From assembly GCA_013265495.1 (NCBI GenBank), contig MU057700.1, forward strand, positions 124,001 to 188,000: 64,000 bases of DNA. The letters are read 5' to 3'. Numbering within the stretch: position 1 is the stretch's first letter; each line of letters begins with the position of its first letter. The DNA comes from Vicugna vicugna (taxonomy: Eukaryota). Positions 11,797-24,375 of the stretch are shown here, piece by piece. The position numbers and the translations under genes are program-made. The notes beneath the pieces are model-generated. The model did no database searches. It was given only the letters and a program-made list of their open reading frames with translations, and had not been told where the DNA came from.

Positions 11797-13179
11797 CAGG
11801 AAGTCACTTTCGAGGAGGGCTGGCCATTTGCCCTGCTTCTTGGGCAGGCACTCCTTATCAGACTTCCTGGAGCCATCCATTTGGGTCTGATTTCTTATTT
11901 ACCCGATGGGAGAGCTGGATGCGAAGCACTGAGACTTACAGGGAAATCAAACCTCAGATGAGGCAAGGCTGGGAGGAATGGGTGATGGAGAATCATCCTC
12001 AGCTGGGTGGGTGCAGATGCGAACCTAGAAGTATCAAAAGTCAAGAGAGAGGAAGCTGCAAGATCTAGCTCTGAACCCTTTCTTCCCCTTCAGGACTCAG
12101 TGCTGCAAATGATACCAAAGACCTTGTGTGGAAGGAGGGATGTCTGTTGCCAAGAGTGGCCACCTGAAAATCAGCGGTCACACCCAGGACTCTCTATTTT
12201 GCTCATGTCAGTCGCTGCCACAGCTCCTCACACTCCCAGACTGTGCTTTCCCCCTTCTGCAAGCCCTACCTATTGCTCTGAGAAGAACATAGATGCATCC
12301 TCAAAGCCATTAAAGGTAATAAGACAGGAATTATCTAAGACCGACCAGCGAGAAAAGGGAAGTAGATAGTATCATGTCTGGCACACAGCGGGGGGGCATA
12401 ACGTGTTTTTTCCCACCTTCCAAGATGGCCTGGATGTCACAGGCATCAGGAGAAAGCTGAGATTGTGTATTTTGAAGGGTCTGGTAGAGGAGGGGAAAGA
12501 TCCTATTCATGAGAGAACCAGAGGAATGGCAGAGGGAATCTTGCCCTCTGAGGCTTCTCCCAGTTGTCTGAGAAATACTGAACTTCCACCTGGACCCACT
12601 TCCTGTGCTGTCTCCCTCAGGAGCCGCCCTGCAATTCTCAGGTCCCCCTCCTAGTGCTCAGGGTGCTGGCCTCCAACTGGTCTGGAGCCCACAGATCTGG
12701 GTCTCACTCCCTTTGAGGACCATGGGGGAGGGAGGCAGCCTGATACTGCTAACCTGCCTGCCTGAATGAGTGCAGGAGGTAAGCAGGTCTAAGACAGGGT
12801 GTAAGGGTAGCAGCTGTCTGAACGACAGAGGGACGAAGGGCCTCTTCCCAGATCTAGGCTTGCTGATTCCTGCGCGTTAGGGAGGCGGCGGGAGGGGATC
12901 CCTTAAACGCTGCGGAATCCAAGAACCCTCCAGATGAAGCCATACGGAAACGATGCAGGGAGTATCTCAAGAATGGGGTTATGGGGGCTTCTGCAACAGC
13001 CACTCCCTCGGAGTCTGGAGTGAGGGTTAGGCTCCATTTAGGTGCTTCGGAGCTCCAGAAGGAACTCCATCTGCTTCTAACAGGCCCCTTGCAAAAGGCT
13101 GTTCATACCCACTCTCCGTCAAAGGGGCCGAGAAACAGCCAGTCGGAGCAGGGCCATGGTGGATTCCATCCCATCAGTT

Positions 13180-13460
13180 CCAAGGGACGGCCGTTGAGGC
13201 GGGGCCGTGGGTGAAGCCGCCTGTGAGGAGAGGGCCCAGGCAGTGTGGGCAGGGCTTTCCGGTCGCGAGACGGTCCCGCCCCCGCCCCCGCCCGGATTGG
13301 CTGCTGCGATTCACCCGGGTGTCCGTCAAGCAGCCGCACTATTGCGCTGGCGCAGCGCTGCTGGGTCCTCAGCATCCTCCTGTAAGGCGCCGGCTCTGGT
13401 TAAGTGATTGCTGGATCCTTTGTGCCCCCCATTCATCCATTCATGCCGCCGCAGTGCCAC
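13180..13460. promoter_or_regulatory. CpG-rich promoter-like element
   Basis: TCGCGAGA (13263-13270), three overlapping GC boxes (13275-13293), inverted CCAAT GATTGG (13295-13300), many retained CpGs. Confidence 0.6.
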
Positions 13461-14721
13461 AGTCTTCTGGAGGTCGTGGTCTTACAGGGAGCCTAGAGGC
13501 TGTGAGGGATAGCTGAGGTGAAAGGACAGCGCATCGGGTGAGCTCAGAGCAGGCCAGGGAGGGTGCGGGAGAGCCTAGGAGGCGGCCGCGTGGAGTGAGG
13601 TCAGGAAGCCAGCAGGTGGACCTGGGACCGGGGAAGGCTTCAAGCAAGGGAGAGACGTTGTTAGATTTATATTTGAGAGGGCCCTTCGAAGGGTGAGGAT
13701 GAAGACGTGTGCAAGAGGAGAGGAGTGGCAAGGGTTCACAAAACTGAGCTGCCAGGCGACTTCTCATGACCCTTCTTCATTTCGCTTTCGTTAGCTCAGT
13801 AATGCTTTCCTCCTACCCCACAGGGCGCTTAGCTTCCTTGCCCAACTACTGCGCATGTCTGTCTCTCATCCACCAGACTACTCAGCCCTTGGCATTATGA
13901 TCGAAGTACCGTGTGGACACACCTCCCAGTCAACAATTTCTGAAAAAACCTCCCCCAGTCCTAACCTGTCTATTTCAGGTCACTCCCCTATCCACCTGGT
14001 CACACAGGCCACCACTAAGCACATCTGTAGGTTATCTGTTTGATACGTGTCATCCCCTCAAATTATGACTCCCTTAAGGGAACTAGCACCCGTCGCTCTG
14101 TGCAGCCACTGCATCCACAATGGCAGTCTTGGTGAGCGCTTGCTACCTGGCAGTCTGTTCTCCAGGACTTTCTGTGCATTAACTCATGTCGTCCTCACAA
14201 CAGTCTTTCCAGGGAGGACTCTCTCATCTGATTTATGGATGAGGAAATGAGGTGAAGAGAAGTTAGGAGAAGTACCCAGCCTCAGGGCTGGAAGTGGCTG
14301 CCTGGCCCCAGAGGCGGCTCTTAACCTCCACTCTCCATGTTAAATTGTGCATATGATCAATTATTTATGTGATTTAAAGATAGCTTTGTTATGATTCACC
14401 TTCTAAACTGTACAATTTCAGTGTTTTTAAGGATGTTTACAGAGTTTGTACACATTTTATATATAAATATTTTTTTCTTTAGTGTGCCTGCATGTGTATG
14501 TGAGTTTTAGGCTGATGACTATTTTGATATTTTGTGTCAATAAATGTACATTTTCTTTTCATTAGGGTGCCAATTGTTGAAAAGTTGGTCTTACTATCCA
14601 TGTACTATGTGTACCATGCTTTTGAAATAATTTATAACTTGATTTTACAACTTTCAAGGTATTTTCATTCTAATATGATTATGTGATATTTCTTTACTGA
14701 CTCTCTCTCTCTCTCTACACA

Positions 14722-14856
14722 TTTTTTTTTGGTGGGGGGAGGTAGTTAGGTTTTCTTGTTTGTTTGTTTTTGGAGGAAGTACTGGCGATTGAACCCAGGA
14801 GACCTTGTGTATGCTAAGCATGCACGCTACCACTTGAGCTATTACTCCTCGCCCCC
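14722..14856 (-). mobile_element. tRNA-Ala-derived SINE
   Basis: gtactggcgattgaacccagg..atgctaagcatgcacgctaccacttgagcta. Confidence 0.88.
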
Positions 14857-15442
14857 TTTTTTTATTCAACATATATTTTGAATCTCACTACTGTTCCTGC
14901 ATTTTTCCGGGAACTGCGGGTTCCCATCAGGTAATGCAGAACTGCACCGAGTGGCTGACATCATGATGGGGTCTAGTAGGAAAAAGAAATAGATGGTATA
15001 ATATTTCAAGTATTAAGTGATGAATGTAGTGAAGACAGAAAGTGGCTGAGATGCAGAGAGTGATGCAATAGAGAGACTGCTTTGTGAGATTGGGAGGTTA
15101 GAGCTGGTCAGTGTTAGAAATTTAGGTTTAGAACATTTGTCTGACATGGTCATAAATTTCCCTTTGCTCTCTCTTTTTTTTTTTTTCCCCTCTTAAACCA
15201 AGCCAACAAAGTCAAATATATACCCAGATTTTAGATTAGAGCATAATTTATGAGAGGGATTTCTTATCTAGAACCAGTTGCTCCAAGAAATGTCACTCCT
15301 CCTAACTTGTTTATCTACATCTTTGTATAAGTTAGTTATAATAAGATTAAGTGTCTGATAAGGAGAATTACTTACTTATTTGGCAGTAACAGAGTAAAAG
15401 AATGTTTTTACTGGCACTGAATGTTAAAGTTGAAAACTGAAA

Positions 15443-15628
15443 TAGATAAACAAGTTTATACTGTATAGCACAGGGAAACATGTTCAATATCTTGCAGTAG
15501 CTCATGGTGAAAAAGAATATGAATACAAATATGTGTATATTCATGTACGACTGAAGAATTGTGCTGTACACCAGAAATTGACACAACATTGTAAACTGAC
15601 TATACCTCAATAAAAAAAAAATTAAAAT
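15443..15628 (+). mobile_element. Young 5'-truncated L1 3' end
   Basis: L1 3'UTR with polyA; 17-bp TSD AAAGTTGAAAACTGAAA at 15426-15442 and 15629-15645. Confidence 0.88.
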
Positions 15629-16877
15629 AAAGTTGAAAACTGAAAATAGTGGCTCAACAGACCATAGGTACTGTGATTGGAAAGGGTCTTAGTTCTGTGT
15701 TTGTTAGCACAGAATGTGACTCAGGGTGTCAGTAGTTTCTAGAACCCTGTCGGTTAAATAAAGAATGCATTGAATCTGTGGCCACCTGAAATCTGGATTC
15801 AAATGTAATCCGAGCTTGACAAAGTGTTTGTTGTCTCCACTGCAGCAGCTCATCTAAAACCCGGGCAACATTTTGCGGTCATTTGTTATGTAGTTTTTAC
15901 CCAAAAACAAAGGGAGCTATTGTTGCATTCTACTCCCATCAGACTACAAGAGAGAATAACAAGTACTTCCAAGCAACTGTTTACGAGATTAAAAAGAACT
16001 ATTGAAGGTTAGTAAACAATGGGAAATTAGTCATAGTAAAAAAACTGAGTAGCAGTTTTAACCTTTTTCCTGTCATGTAGAACGTCGTGTAGTTTGACGT
16101 ATGAAGTCTTGAGAGCTAGTACTTGCCTTTAAGTTCTTAATAAACTAGTAAAATATTAATATATTAACTTCTAATGATCAACGTTGGAATTTTCCACAGT
16201 GAGGGTCTGAAGCCACCCCCTCCACCACAGAGCATTTGGAGAACCAGTTTTGCGGCTAGGGATGGATGGAGTTGACTACATTTCACTTTTTCATCCGTGG
16301 TGACGCAGACCTTCTAAGTTCCTAGGCTTGGGCAGAGAAGGGTGCACCGCATTTCAGTTCCATTTGCAAGTCGGCACACCTGCCTTGGAAAACAAGAGGC
16401 ATTGCGTCTGAAAACTGAAATAGAGCAAACATGGTGCCCAGCATAGATGCTCTAGGTGTGTCTCTCAGGGCAGACACACCTACCCCAGCAGATCCCCAAT
16501 GGCAGGTCCTGGAAGTAGGATAAAAACGGGCCCAATGCCGGAATTGCTATCTAAGAAAAGAACACAAAACTAATGATGAATATAACAAGTTTATGTGAAA
16601 GTTTATTTTGATCTAGAATGACAAAATGGAGGGATGAGGGAGCACATTTGAAGGGACAGGACAATTCAAAGCCACAGGGGCCAAGTCTCCCATCTCAGGT
16701 CCTTCAGGGTCTTACTCAACAGTTAATTAGATGCTCACAAGCTTCTAAATTAGGTCATTGTGTCCATTTGACAGATAAGAAATGGAAGCCTGGAGGGATT
16801 AAGTGAATTCCCCAAGACCAGTCTGACTCCAGAGTCCCGGGTATCTGTTCAGCACCACACTTTGCAATATTATGCCA

Positions 16878-17002
16878 TTTTTGGGGGGTGGGTGGGGGGA
16901 GGTTTATTTATTATTTATTTATTTTTAATGAGAGTGCTAGGGATTGAACCCAGGACCTTGTGCATTCTAAGCATGCACTCTACCACTGAGCTATACCCTC
17001 CC
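16878..17002 (-). mobile_element. tRNA-Ala-derived SINE
   Basis: gggattgaacccaggaccttgtgcattctaagcatgcactctaccactgagctataccc. Confidence 0.9.
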
Positions 17003-18362
17003 TTCACGCCACCCCCTGCCCCGCCCTTACTACGCAATATTAACTCATTGCATCACAACAGCACTATGAAGTTTGACCCTCTCAATACTCTTTTTTATAT
17101 TTGGGGAAGCAGAGGCAAGGAGAAGCCAGATGGCAAGTGGTGAGACCAGAATTAGAATCCGGAAGGTCAGGTTCCATAATCTAGGCCTCCAGGCCATAGA
17201 CAGGGGCAGTGTTTGTAGAAGAAACCCAAATGTGGCCTGGGAGTGAGACTGAGTTGGGGAGGGGAAGAGAATGTTGGAAAACGGTGGATTGAGTTTGAGA
17301 GTTGACGCTTGCTTCCTGTCTTCCCAAGTCCCTCCACTGTTAACTCACCCCACATTCTCCAGGAGCCTGCTAAGTGCCAGCAGGGAGCTGGTCCTGGTTC
17401 TGCAGATGCACTGAGCAGACTGCATGGGGGTGGATGAGGCCATTAGCTGTCCTCAGTGGATTAGAACAGGCCCTGCTTTCATCAGCCAGGCAAGGGTCTT
17501 CAGCGAAGCCCAGAAAGGTCACTGGGTCCTTCAAATTGACAGTTCTTTATTAGTCTCAGCAGGACAAAGGTAGCTGGGAGGAAACCCACAGTCAGTTTTG
17601 TTTTCTCCAGGCAAACGCTATAGAAGTTTTTATGTATAGGAAAATATACATCATGTGTATGAAGGAGAACAGGGAAACGCATTCACCAGGGGAAGGAGGA
17701 GGGGAAACAGACCATGGCAGCCAGGTTTCAGAAGCTATGAGCCTGGACCTACCACAGCAGAGGCAGCACCCCAACCTGTCCTGATGAAAGCCCCGAAATA
17801 AGCTGATTTGTTATTAATGAGTCCCAGAAAGGGAATTAAGGTGCCTAGGACCTTCTGAAGTGGGAGTTCGGGTGGGGCTGGAGGACTGCCTGGAAGCCCA
17901 TGGAAACAGCAGGGGTAAGGGCTCTTCTGGTTGGTGGGTCCTCTTACCTGGCCCTCAGCCTTTTTATGTGTCTGTCTCCCAAACCCTTGGTGTTGCTTTC
18001 TGGGTCTGTCTGGGACCTTGTTTCCCGCGGCACCCCCGCCCCGATTTTTCTGGTCTCTGAGCTGTAGGCATCTTTATTTCTGTATCTTTGCTGTGTCCAT
18101 GTGTCTCAATACCTCCCTGCATTTGCCTCTCTGTAACATTACTGTGGTCCAGATGACCCTGCTGGTATCTCCCTCCAGGCCAAGCCCAGCACCTCCTCCC
18201 TCAGGCCACAGTCCCACGAGGCACAAAGTAAGTGGTTAGCTCACTATTTTACTCACCCAGGGAGGGCCCTTTCTGTGGCCTGGCTTCTGAGTCAGGCAAA
18301 TAAGAGGGTGGGATCCCAGGGCGGTTCTCATCCGTAGGAGACGGGGCCGAGTCTACCCGCAA

Positions 18363-18381
18363 TGGCCACTAGGCGGCAGTC
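18363..18381 (+). promoter_or_regulatory. Candidate CTCF site
   Basis: TGGCCACTAGGCGGCAGTC, one mismatch to CCASYAGRKGGCRS, within a small CpG-retaining patch. Confidence 0.45.
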
Positions 18382-19139
18382 AAGGACTGTTTCAGCATCG
18401 TTCCCTTCCTCTGTCGCGCTCACTGCACAGGTGAGCGTGGAGTAGATTTGGGGTGCAGCAAATTTGATCTAACCTGAAGTTTTCTTTAAAAGTCAGAAGT
18501 AGCTCATTAATTCTTCTGACATTTAAAAGGTTTATTAAGTTACTATTGTGCCAGATGTTCCTTGTTAAGCCCTAGTTTCCTCTACTCTAACTTGGGGTTA
18601 ATGGAATAATCTAACTTGGGGAGGTAATTTGACGAGATCGCCGGGCACATACTTAGTGCTCGGTGCCTGTGAAATGCTAGTCTCATCAATTCTCATATTT
18701 CTCATCTATTCTTACCACTGGCTGGTGCTACACCCTTGGGTCAGTGTTCCCACTGGTGCCCTCCGCACTGGACTGGACAGGACCATCCTTGGCTTGACCT
18801 GGCTGGAGATTTGGGTGGGAAAAACTTGTCTTCATAGCATCCAGATGCCTTAACAACTATACTTAACTAACCATTAAGTGTCTTAATATATATTTATTGA
18901 ATCACTGCATACATTTTATCTATTAAAAATATAAAATTTTTTCCCTATATATAGTATCCATTTAAACATAATATTCATCTAACTACTATATATGCAAATG
19001 GCTATCTTGGCCAATCTACAGAGATAAATGTGCATATTTGCATATCTATAACATTTCTCCACTTAGAAATAACTTAAGCACTTTTTCTTCATTTTTTTTC
19101 AATATTTATGTAACCACTATATTTGTCTAACCACATAAT

Positions 19140-19290
19140 TTTTTTGTTTTATTTATTTTATTATTATTTTAAAATTTTTTTATGGGGTAAGTAATTAAGT
19201 TTATTTGTTTATTTTTAATGGAGGCAATGGGAATTGAACCCAGGACCTCATGCATGCTAAGCATGCGCTCTACCATTGAACTATATACCC
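19140..19290 (-). mobile_element. tRNA-Ala-derived SINE
   Basis: SINE body; flanking direct repeat taaccacataattttt. Confidence 0.88.
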
Positions 19291-19409
19291 TCACTCCTTA
19301 ACCACATAATTTTTATTAAACCAGTCTACATTTCTATGTGTAGGGAGATAGATGTGTAATACATTTCTTGCATAGATGGCATGTCAGATTCCTTCTATGT
19401 TTTATAAAA

Positions 19410-19535
19410 TTTTTTTTTGGGGGGGCTAGGTAATTAGGTTTATTTACTTATTTGTTTTTGAGGAGGTACTGGGGATTGAACCCCTGACCTCTCGGGTGCT
19501 AATCATGTGCTCTACCACTTGAACTATACCCTTCC
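19410..19535 (-). mobile_element. tRNA-Ala-derived SINE
   Basis: gaggaggtactggggattgaacccc..ctaccacttgaactataccc. Confidence 0.88.
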
Positions 19536-20249
19536 CACTGACATCCACATTTTCAAAGACAATGCTCCCCATCTTTTTTTGGGGGGGCTCAACTTTAAAT
19601 TTACATATAGAATAATAAGTGTTCATGGCTTTTAGCCCCCAAGGTTCTGCTTGCAAAATATTTTTTTTCCCTCTTAAAATAAAACTAAAAAGTTAAAACA
19701 AGATAAAGCTATTCTCTAAAAAAAAAGTTACAACATACAGCTTTGGCTTATATAAATAATTCATAGCAGAATGTGTTCAAAAGTACTGAATATAATTTTA
19801 TATGTAGTCATCAATTCGTAACGGTGTTTTATTTCATATAAAATATGCATGAACTGAAATCAGTTTCTTTAACTTTCAAAATATGAATGTAAAAAGAAAC
19901 TTCTGACATTTTTCAATTATAACTTAATACACTAATTTCTTGTTAATGTTCTATATTTCAAGGCTAGTATTTTCTGAATATCTCATGTGTGTTTTCTGTT
20001 CTTTCTTTTTTATTAGCTAAAGATCACTTCTTTGACCCAATACATTTTTGTACGTGCTAAACAGTTATGTATGGGGCTTTTTTATTTTCTTTTTTTTGTG
20101 TGTGTTTCTTTGCTTTTTAATATCAACAGCCCTTTCCCATGCACCTCTTTGCAACAGATTGCCAGGTTGGGTAATTAATATAAATGAAATTTTATGTACA
20201 GTATTGCCTTTTTTTCCTTCTCAAACTCCCCTTTATTTTATTTTTGTAA

Positions 20250-20720
20250 TTTTTTCTCTTTTAAAATTTTATTGAGATATAGTCAGTTTACAATGTTGTG
20301 TCAGTTTGTGGTGTGCAGCATAATTCCTCAGCCATACATGAATATACATATATTCATTTTCATATTCTTTTTTACCTTAAGCTACTACAAGTTATTGAAT
20401 GTATTTCCCCATGCTATATAGCACAAACTTGTTTATCTATTTTATGTATACCACTCAATATCTGCAAATCTCGAACTCCCAGTTTATCCCTTCCCACCCC
20501 TCTCCCCCTGGCAACCACAAGTTTGTATACTGTGTCTATGAGTCTTTTTCTGTTTTGTATTTATGTTTTGTTTTTTTTAGACTCCACATATGAGCGATCT
20601 CATATGGTATTTTCCTTTCTCTTCCTGGCTTACTTCACTTAGAATGACATTCTCCAGGTCCATCCATGTTGCTACAAATGGCATTATTTTATTATTTTTT
20701 ATGGTTGAATAGTATTGCTT
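20250..20720 (-). mobile_element. L1 3' end (young, lineage-specific)
   Basis: Same 3'UTR text as the other young L1 copies (gtcagtttacaatgttgtgtc..ctggcttacttcacttagaatgac). Confidence 0.88.
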
Positions 20721-21684
20721 TCTTGGTTCCTGCTTTTCCACTGCTCTGTTCTACAAAGCATTTTTCTTAAGTAACTACAGTCACTGCACAGTTAAATAAA
20801 ACAAGTAAGGGGCCCTTTAGGTTTCTGCAAGCTAGCATGGGAGGATTACATATCTGGGTACACATTTCTCTGCAAAAACTGGTTATCTAATGAAACAAGT
20901 AGTCCAAGGAAGTGCCAGACTAGACTCTGCCTGCCGGCTAGTCTGTTTGCCATGGGGCGCACATCTGCAAATCTACACGGAATTTACAGGTAAGTGCCTG
21001 ATTGTGTGTATGTAACACATACCCGCACATACACACACTCACACCCACATACATATATATGTAAAAGGATATATATGTATGTATGCACATATAAATATAC
21101 CTAACTCATGTCCTTAATTACCAGTTTAGATTGGTAGGGCATTTCACTGCAGTAACACAAAGTACCAGCCTGGAAGCCTTAGGTCACCCATGCGTCCATC
21201 CTCATCCGCTTTACAGAGGGGCTTTCTCTGTCCTCAGCGTTTGGGGGTGGGCCAAGCACAACCAGGAAATGGAAGACTCTGCGTGGATCCTCTCTGTCGC
21301 TGCTATCATAGGAGCTGCTTGAGCTGCTCAGACTGTTTTTTTTTTTCTTTTTTAATAAAACATTTCTTGTTTTGTGTTTTCTCATGATTAAATTGAGGTT
21401 ATTTATTCTTGGCCAGAACACTGGGCGGTAGGTGACATGTCCTCAGGGTGTCAGACTGGAGACACGTGTGTTCACCTGTTCCCATTGCTGATGTTAATTT
21501 AGGTCTTGCCTGATTTCTCCACTGTGTAATCATTAATTTTCCCCTTCCTTTCACCTAATAAGCAGTCTGCAGAGAGACACTTTAAGACCGTGCAAATATC
21601 TTGTTGATAATCACAATTTCCCTCTGGACTTAGCACCATTGATCATTCTTGCCTGATCAAATTTTACCTACTTTAAAAAAATTA

Positions 21685-21802
21685 TTTATTTTTTTATTTG
21701 TTTAGAGGGGAGGTAATTATTTTTTAAATGGAGGTACTGGGGACTGAACCTAGGACATCATGCATGCTAAGCATGCATTCTACCACTGAGCTATACCCTC
21801 CC
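21685..21802 (-). mobile_element. tRNA-Ala-derived SINE
   Basis: SINE body on the reverse strand. Confidence 0.88.
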
Positions 21803-22060
21803 CATAAATTTTACTGCCTTTTTTAATCCTTCTAAATTTCTTGTGTATTTCTTTGAGGCACAGCATATGGTCAATTTTAACAAATGTTTCAAGTGTAATA
21901 TGGGAAGAATGGGAGTTCTGTTGTTGAGGGAGTACAGTGTCAATTAGGTCAAGTTTGTTGATCATGTTGTTTGTTTTTTCTATATTTTTACTGATTTTTC
22001 ACCTGCTGGTTCTGGCGGCCACGGAGAGAGGATTGCTAAAGTCTCTTGCCGTGATGGTGA

Positions 22061-22588
22061 TGTTGGGGAAGAAGACGTTTTCTTCTACCCCTCCAGGGTC
22101 TTCTGGCTGTTTAAAGAATTAAATTGATGTGAGCTAGATTAACAGAAGAGAGTCAAACCAAAGTTTAATAACATGTGTACATGGGAGAGACCCAGGAAAA
22201 CTGAGTGACCCTCCAAAATGGTTGAAGCCCTCATCTTAAACATAGTCTTTGGCAAAAGACAAAGAGGATATTGGGAGTAGTGGCTGGGACTTCAAAGAGG
22301 AGGAAGGCAACTGACATGGAGGTGAAGAAGCAAATGTTCCGTAAACAATTATTTGCTGGGTCCTGCAGAGACAAGGAGACACGGGAATTTTAACCAACAG
22401 ACCTGGCTATATTCCTCGCTGCCTACACACCTAGTTCTTACTGCAGATAGCTCCCCTCCTGGGATGGGTCCCCTATCTGCACCCTTTAGGCAGTTACAGG
22501 GAAAGTCAAAAAGGTTAAAAATAATCAGCGTAAATTAATCCTCATGCCAAAGAGACACAATTTGGGGTATAAATTTTGCTCTTCCATA
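22061..22588 (-). mobile_element. Solo LTR (ERV1-like)
   Basis: TG..TA (decayed CA) ends with 4-bp TSD GTGA (22057-22060 and 22589-22592); a related LTR start occurs at 27062. Confidence 0.7.
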
Positions 22589-23844
22589 GTGACTTTGACC
22601 ATTTATTTCTCTTTTGAGTTCTACCAGTTTGCTTTATATACATTCAAGTTACGAATGACCTGAGCATAAATCAACACTTCATTTCTTTGCATGGCCAAAT
22701 AATATTCTATTGTATGGGTATATCATGTTTTGTTTTCCATTCGTCCACTGATGGACATTTGGGTTGTTTACACCTTTTGGCTATCATGAACAAAGGTGCT
22801 GTAACATCTGTGTACAAGTTTTGGTGTGGAAATATGTTTCCATTTCTTTTGGGTGTATACCTGTAAGTGTAATTGCTGGGTCACACGGTAACCATGTTCA
22901 TTTGGGGAACCATTTTCCAAACACCATTTACATTCTTACAGTGTATGGGGTTCCAGGATCTTCACGTCCTCACCAGCACTGGTTGTTACCTGACTATTTG
23001 ATTCTGACCATCCTAGTGGGGGTGAAGTGGCTTCATGATGGTGTTGATTTGCATTGATCTGATGACTAATGTCAAGCATGTTTTCGTGTGCTTATTGGCT
23101 ATTCATATATCTTCCCTGGAAAAATGTCTATTCAGATTCTCTGCTCATTTTAAAATTGGGTTATCTGTCTTTTTATTATTGAATTGTAAGAGTTCTTTTG
23201 ATATTTTAGATACAAGTCCCTTAGTAGATATATGATTTTCAAGTATTTCCTCCCATTCTGTGTGTTGTCTTTTTCATTTTCTTGATGTCGTCCTTTGAAG
23301 CACAAAAGCCTTTAATTTTGATGAAGTCCAGTTTAATCTATTTTTCCTTTTGCTGCTTGTGCTTTGGGTGTCATAGCTAAGAATCCTTTGCCAAATCCAA
23401 GGTCACAAAATTTTTACCACATGTTTTATTCTGAGAGTTTTATAGTTTTAGCTCTTACAGTTAAGTCTTTTTGAGTTAACGTTTTTAGATGGTGTGAAGT
23501 AAGTGTCCTACTTAACTTTTTTGCATGTGGGTATGTACTTGACACAGCACTATGTGTTGAAAAGACTATTTTTTCCGCATTGACTGCTCTTGGCATTCTT
23601 GTTGAAAATCAACTGATCATAGATACATGGGTTTATTTCTGGACTCTCAGTTCCATCCCATTGCCTATCCTTGTGCCAGTACCACACTGTATTGATTATC
23701 ATTGCCTTGTAATAAGTTTTAATTACTTATTAGTAATCAATTTAATTAGTTCAGTAATTACGTTACTAAAGTGCATAAATTAAAGTAATTAAAGTAATTA
23801 CTAATAAGATACCAGGAAATGTGGTTCCTCCTCCTTTATTCTGT

Positions 23845-23974
23845 TTTTGTTGTTGTTAGGGGAGGCGGTAGCTAGGTTTATTTAATTATTTTTTTAATGG
23901 AGGTTCTGGGGATGGAACCTAGGGCCTCGTGAGTGCTAAGCATGCACTCTACCATTTGAGCTATACTCTCCCCC
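23845..23974 (-). mobile_element. tRNA-Ala-derived SINE
   Basis: SINE body on the reverse strand, inside L1. Confidence 0.85.
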
Positions 23975-24243
23975 CACTTTATGCTTTTTCAGGATTGTTT
24001 TGTCCATTCTAGGTTCCTTGCAATTCCATATGAATTTTACGATCAGCATGCCAGTTTTTTCAAAGAAATCAGCTGAGATTCTGATAGGAATTGTAATGGA
24101 TTTGTAGATCAGTTTGGGGAGAATTGCCACCCTAATGTTAAATCTTCTGATTCATGAACATTTGGTATTTCCCCATTTATTTAGATCTCCTTCAATAATG
24201 TTTTGTATTTTTCAGAGTACAAGTTTTCCAAGTGTTTGGTAAA

Positions 24244-24375
24244 TTTTTTTTAAAAATTTTTTTGGGGGAAGTCATTAGGTTTATTTATTTATTTCTTAAT
24301 GGAGGTACTGGGGATTGAACCCAGAACATCAATGTGTGCTAAGCAGGCACTCTACCACTGAGCCATACCCTCCCC
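24244..24375 (-). mobile_element. tRNA-Ala-derived SINE
   Basis: SINE body; flanking gtaaattt direct repeat. Confidence 0.87.

Noticed and set aside
6700..15200. Glucocorticoid/mineralocorticoid response element for FXYD4
   Set aside because: By eye I found only half-sites or palindromes with the wrong spacer (e.g. GGGACAgcTGTCCT ~6809); no canonical AGAACAnnnTGTTCT. A PWM scan would be needed.
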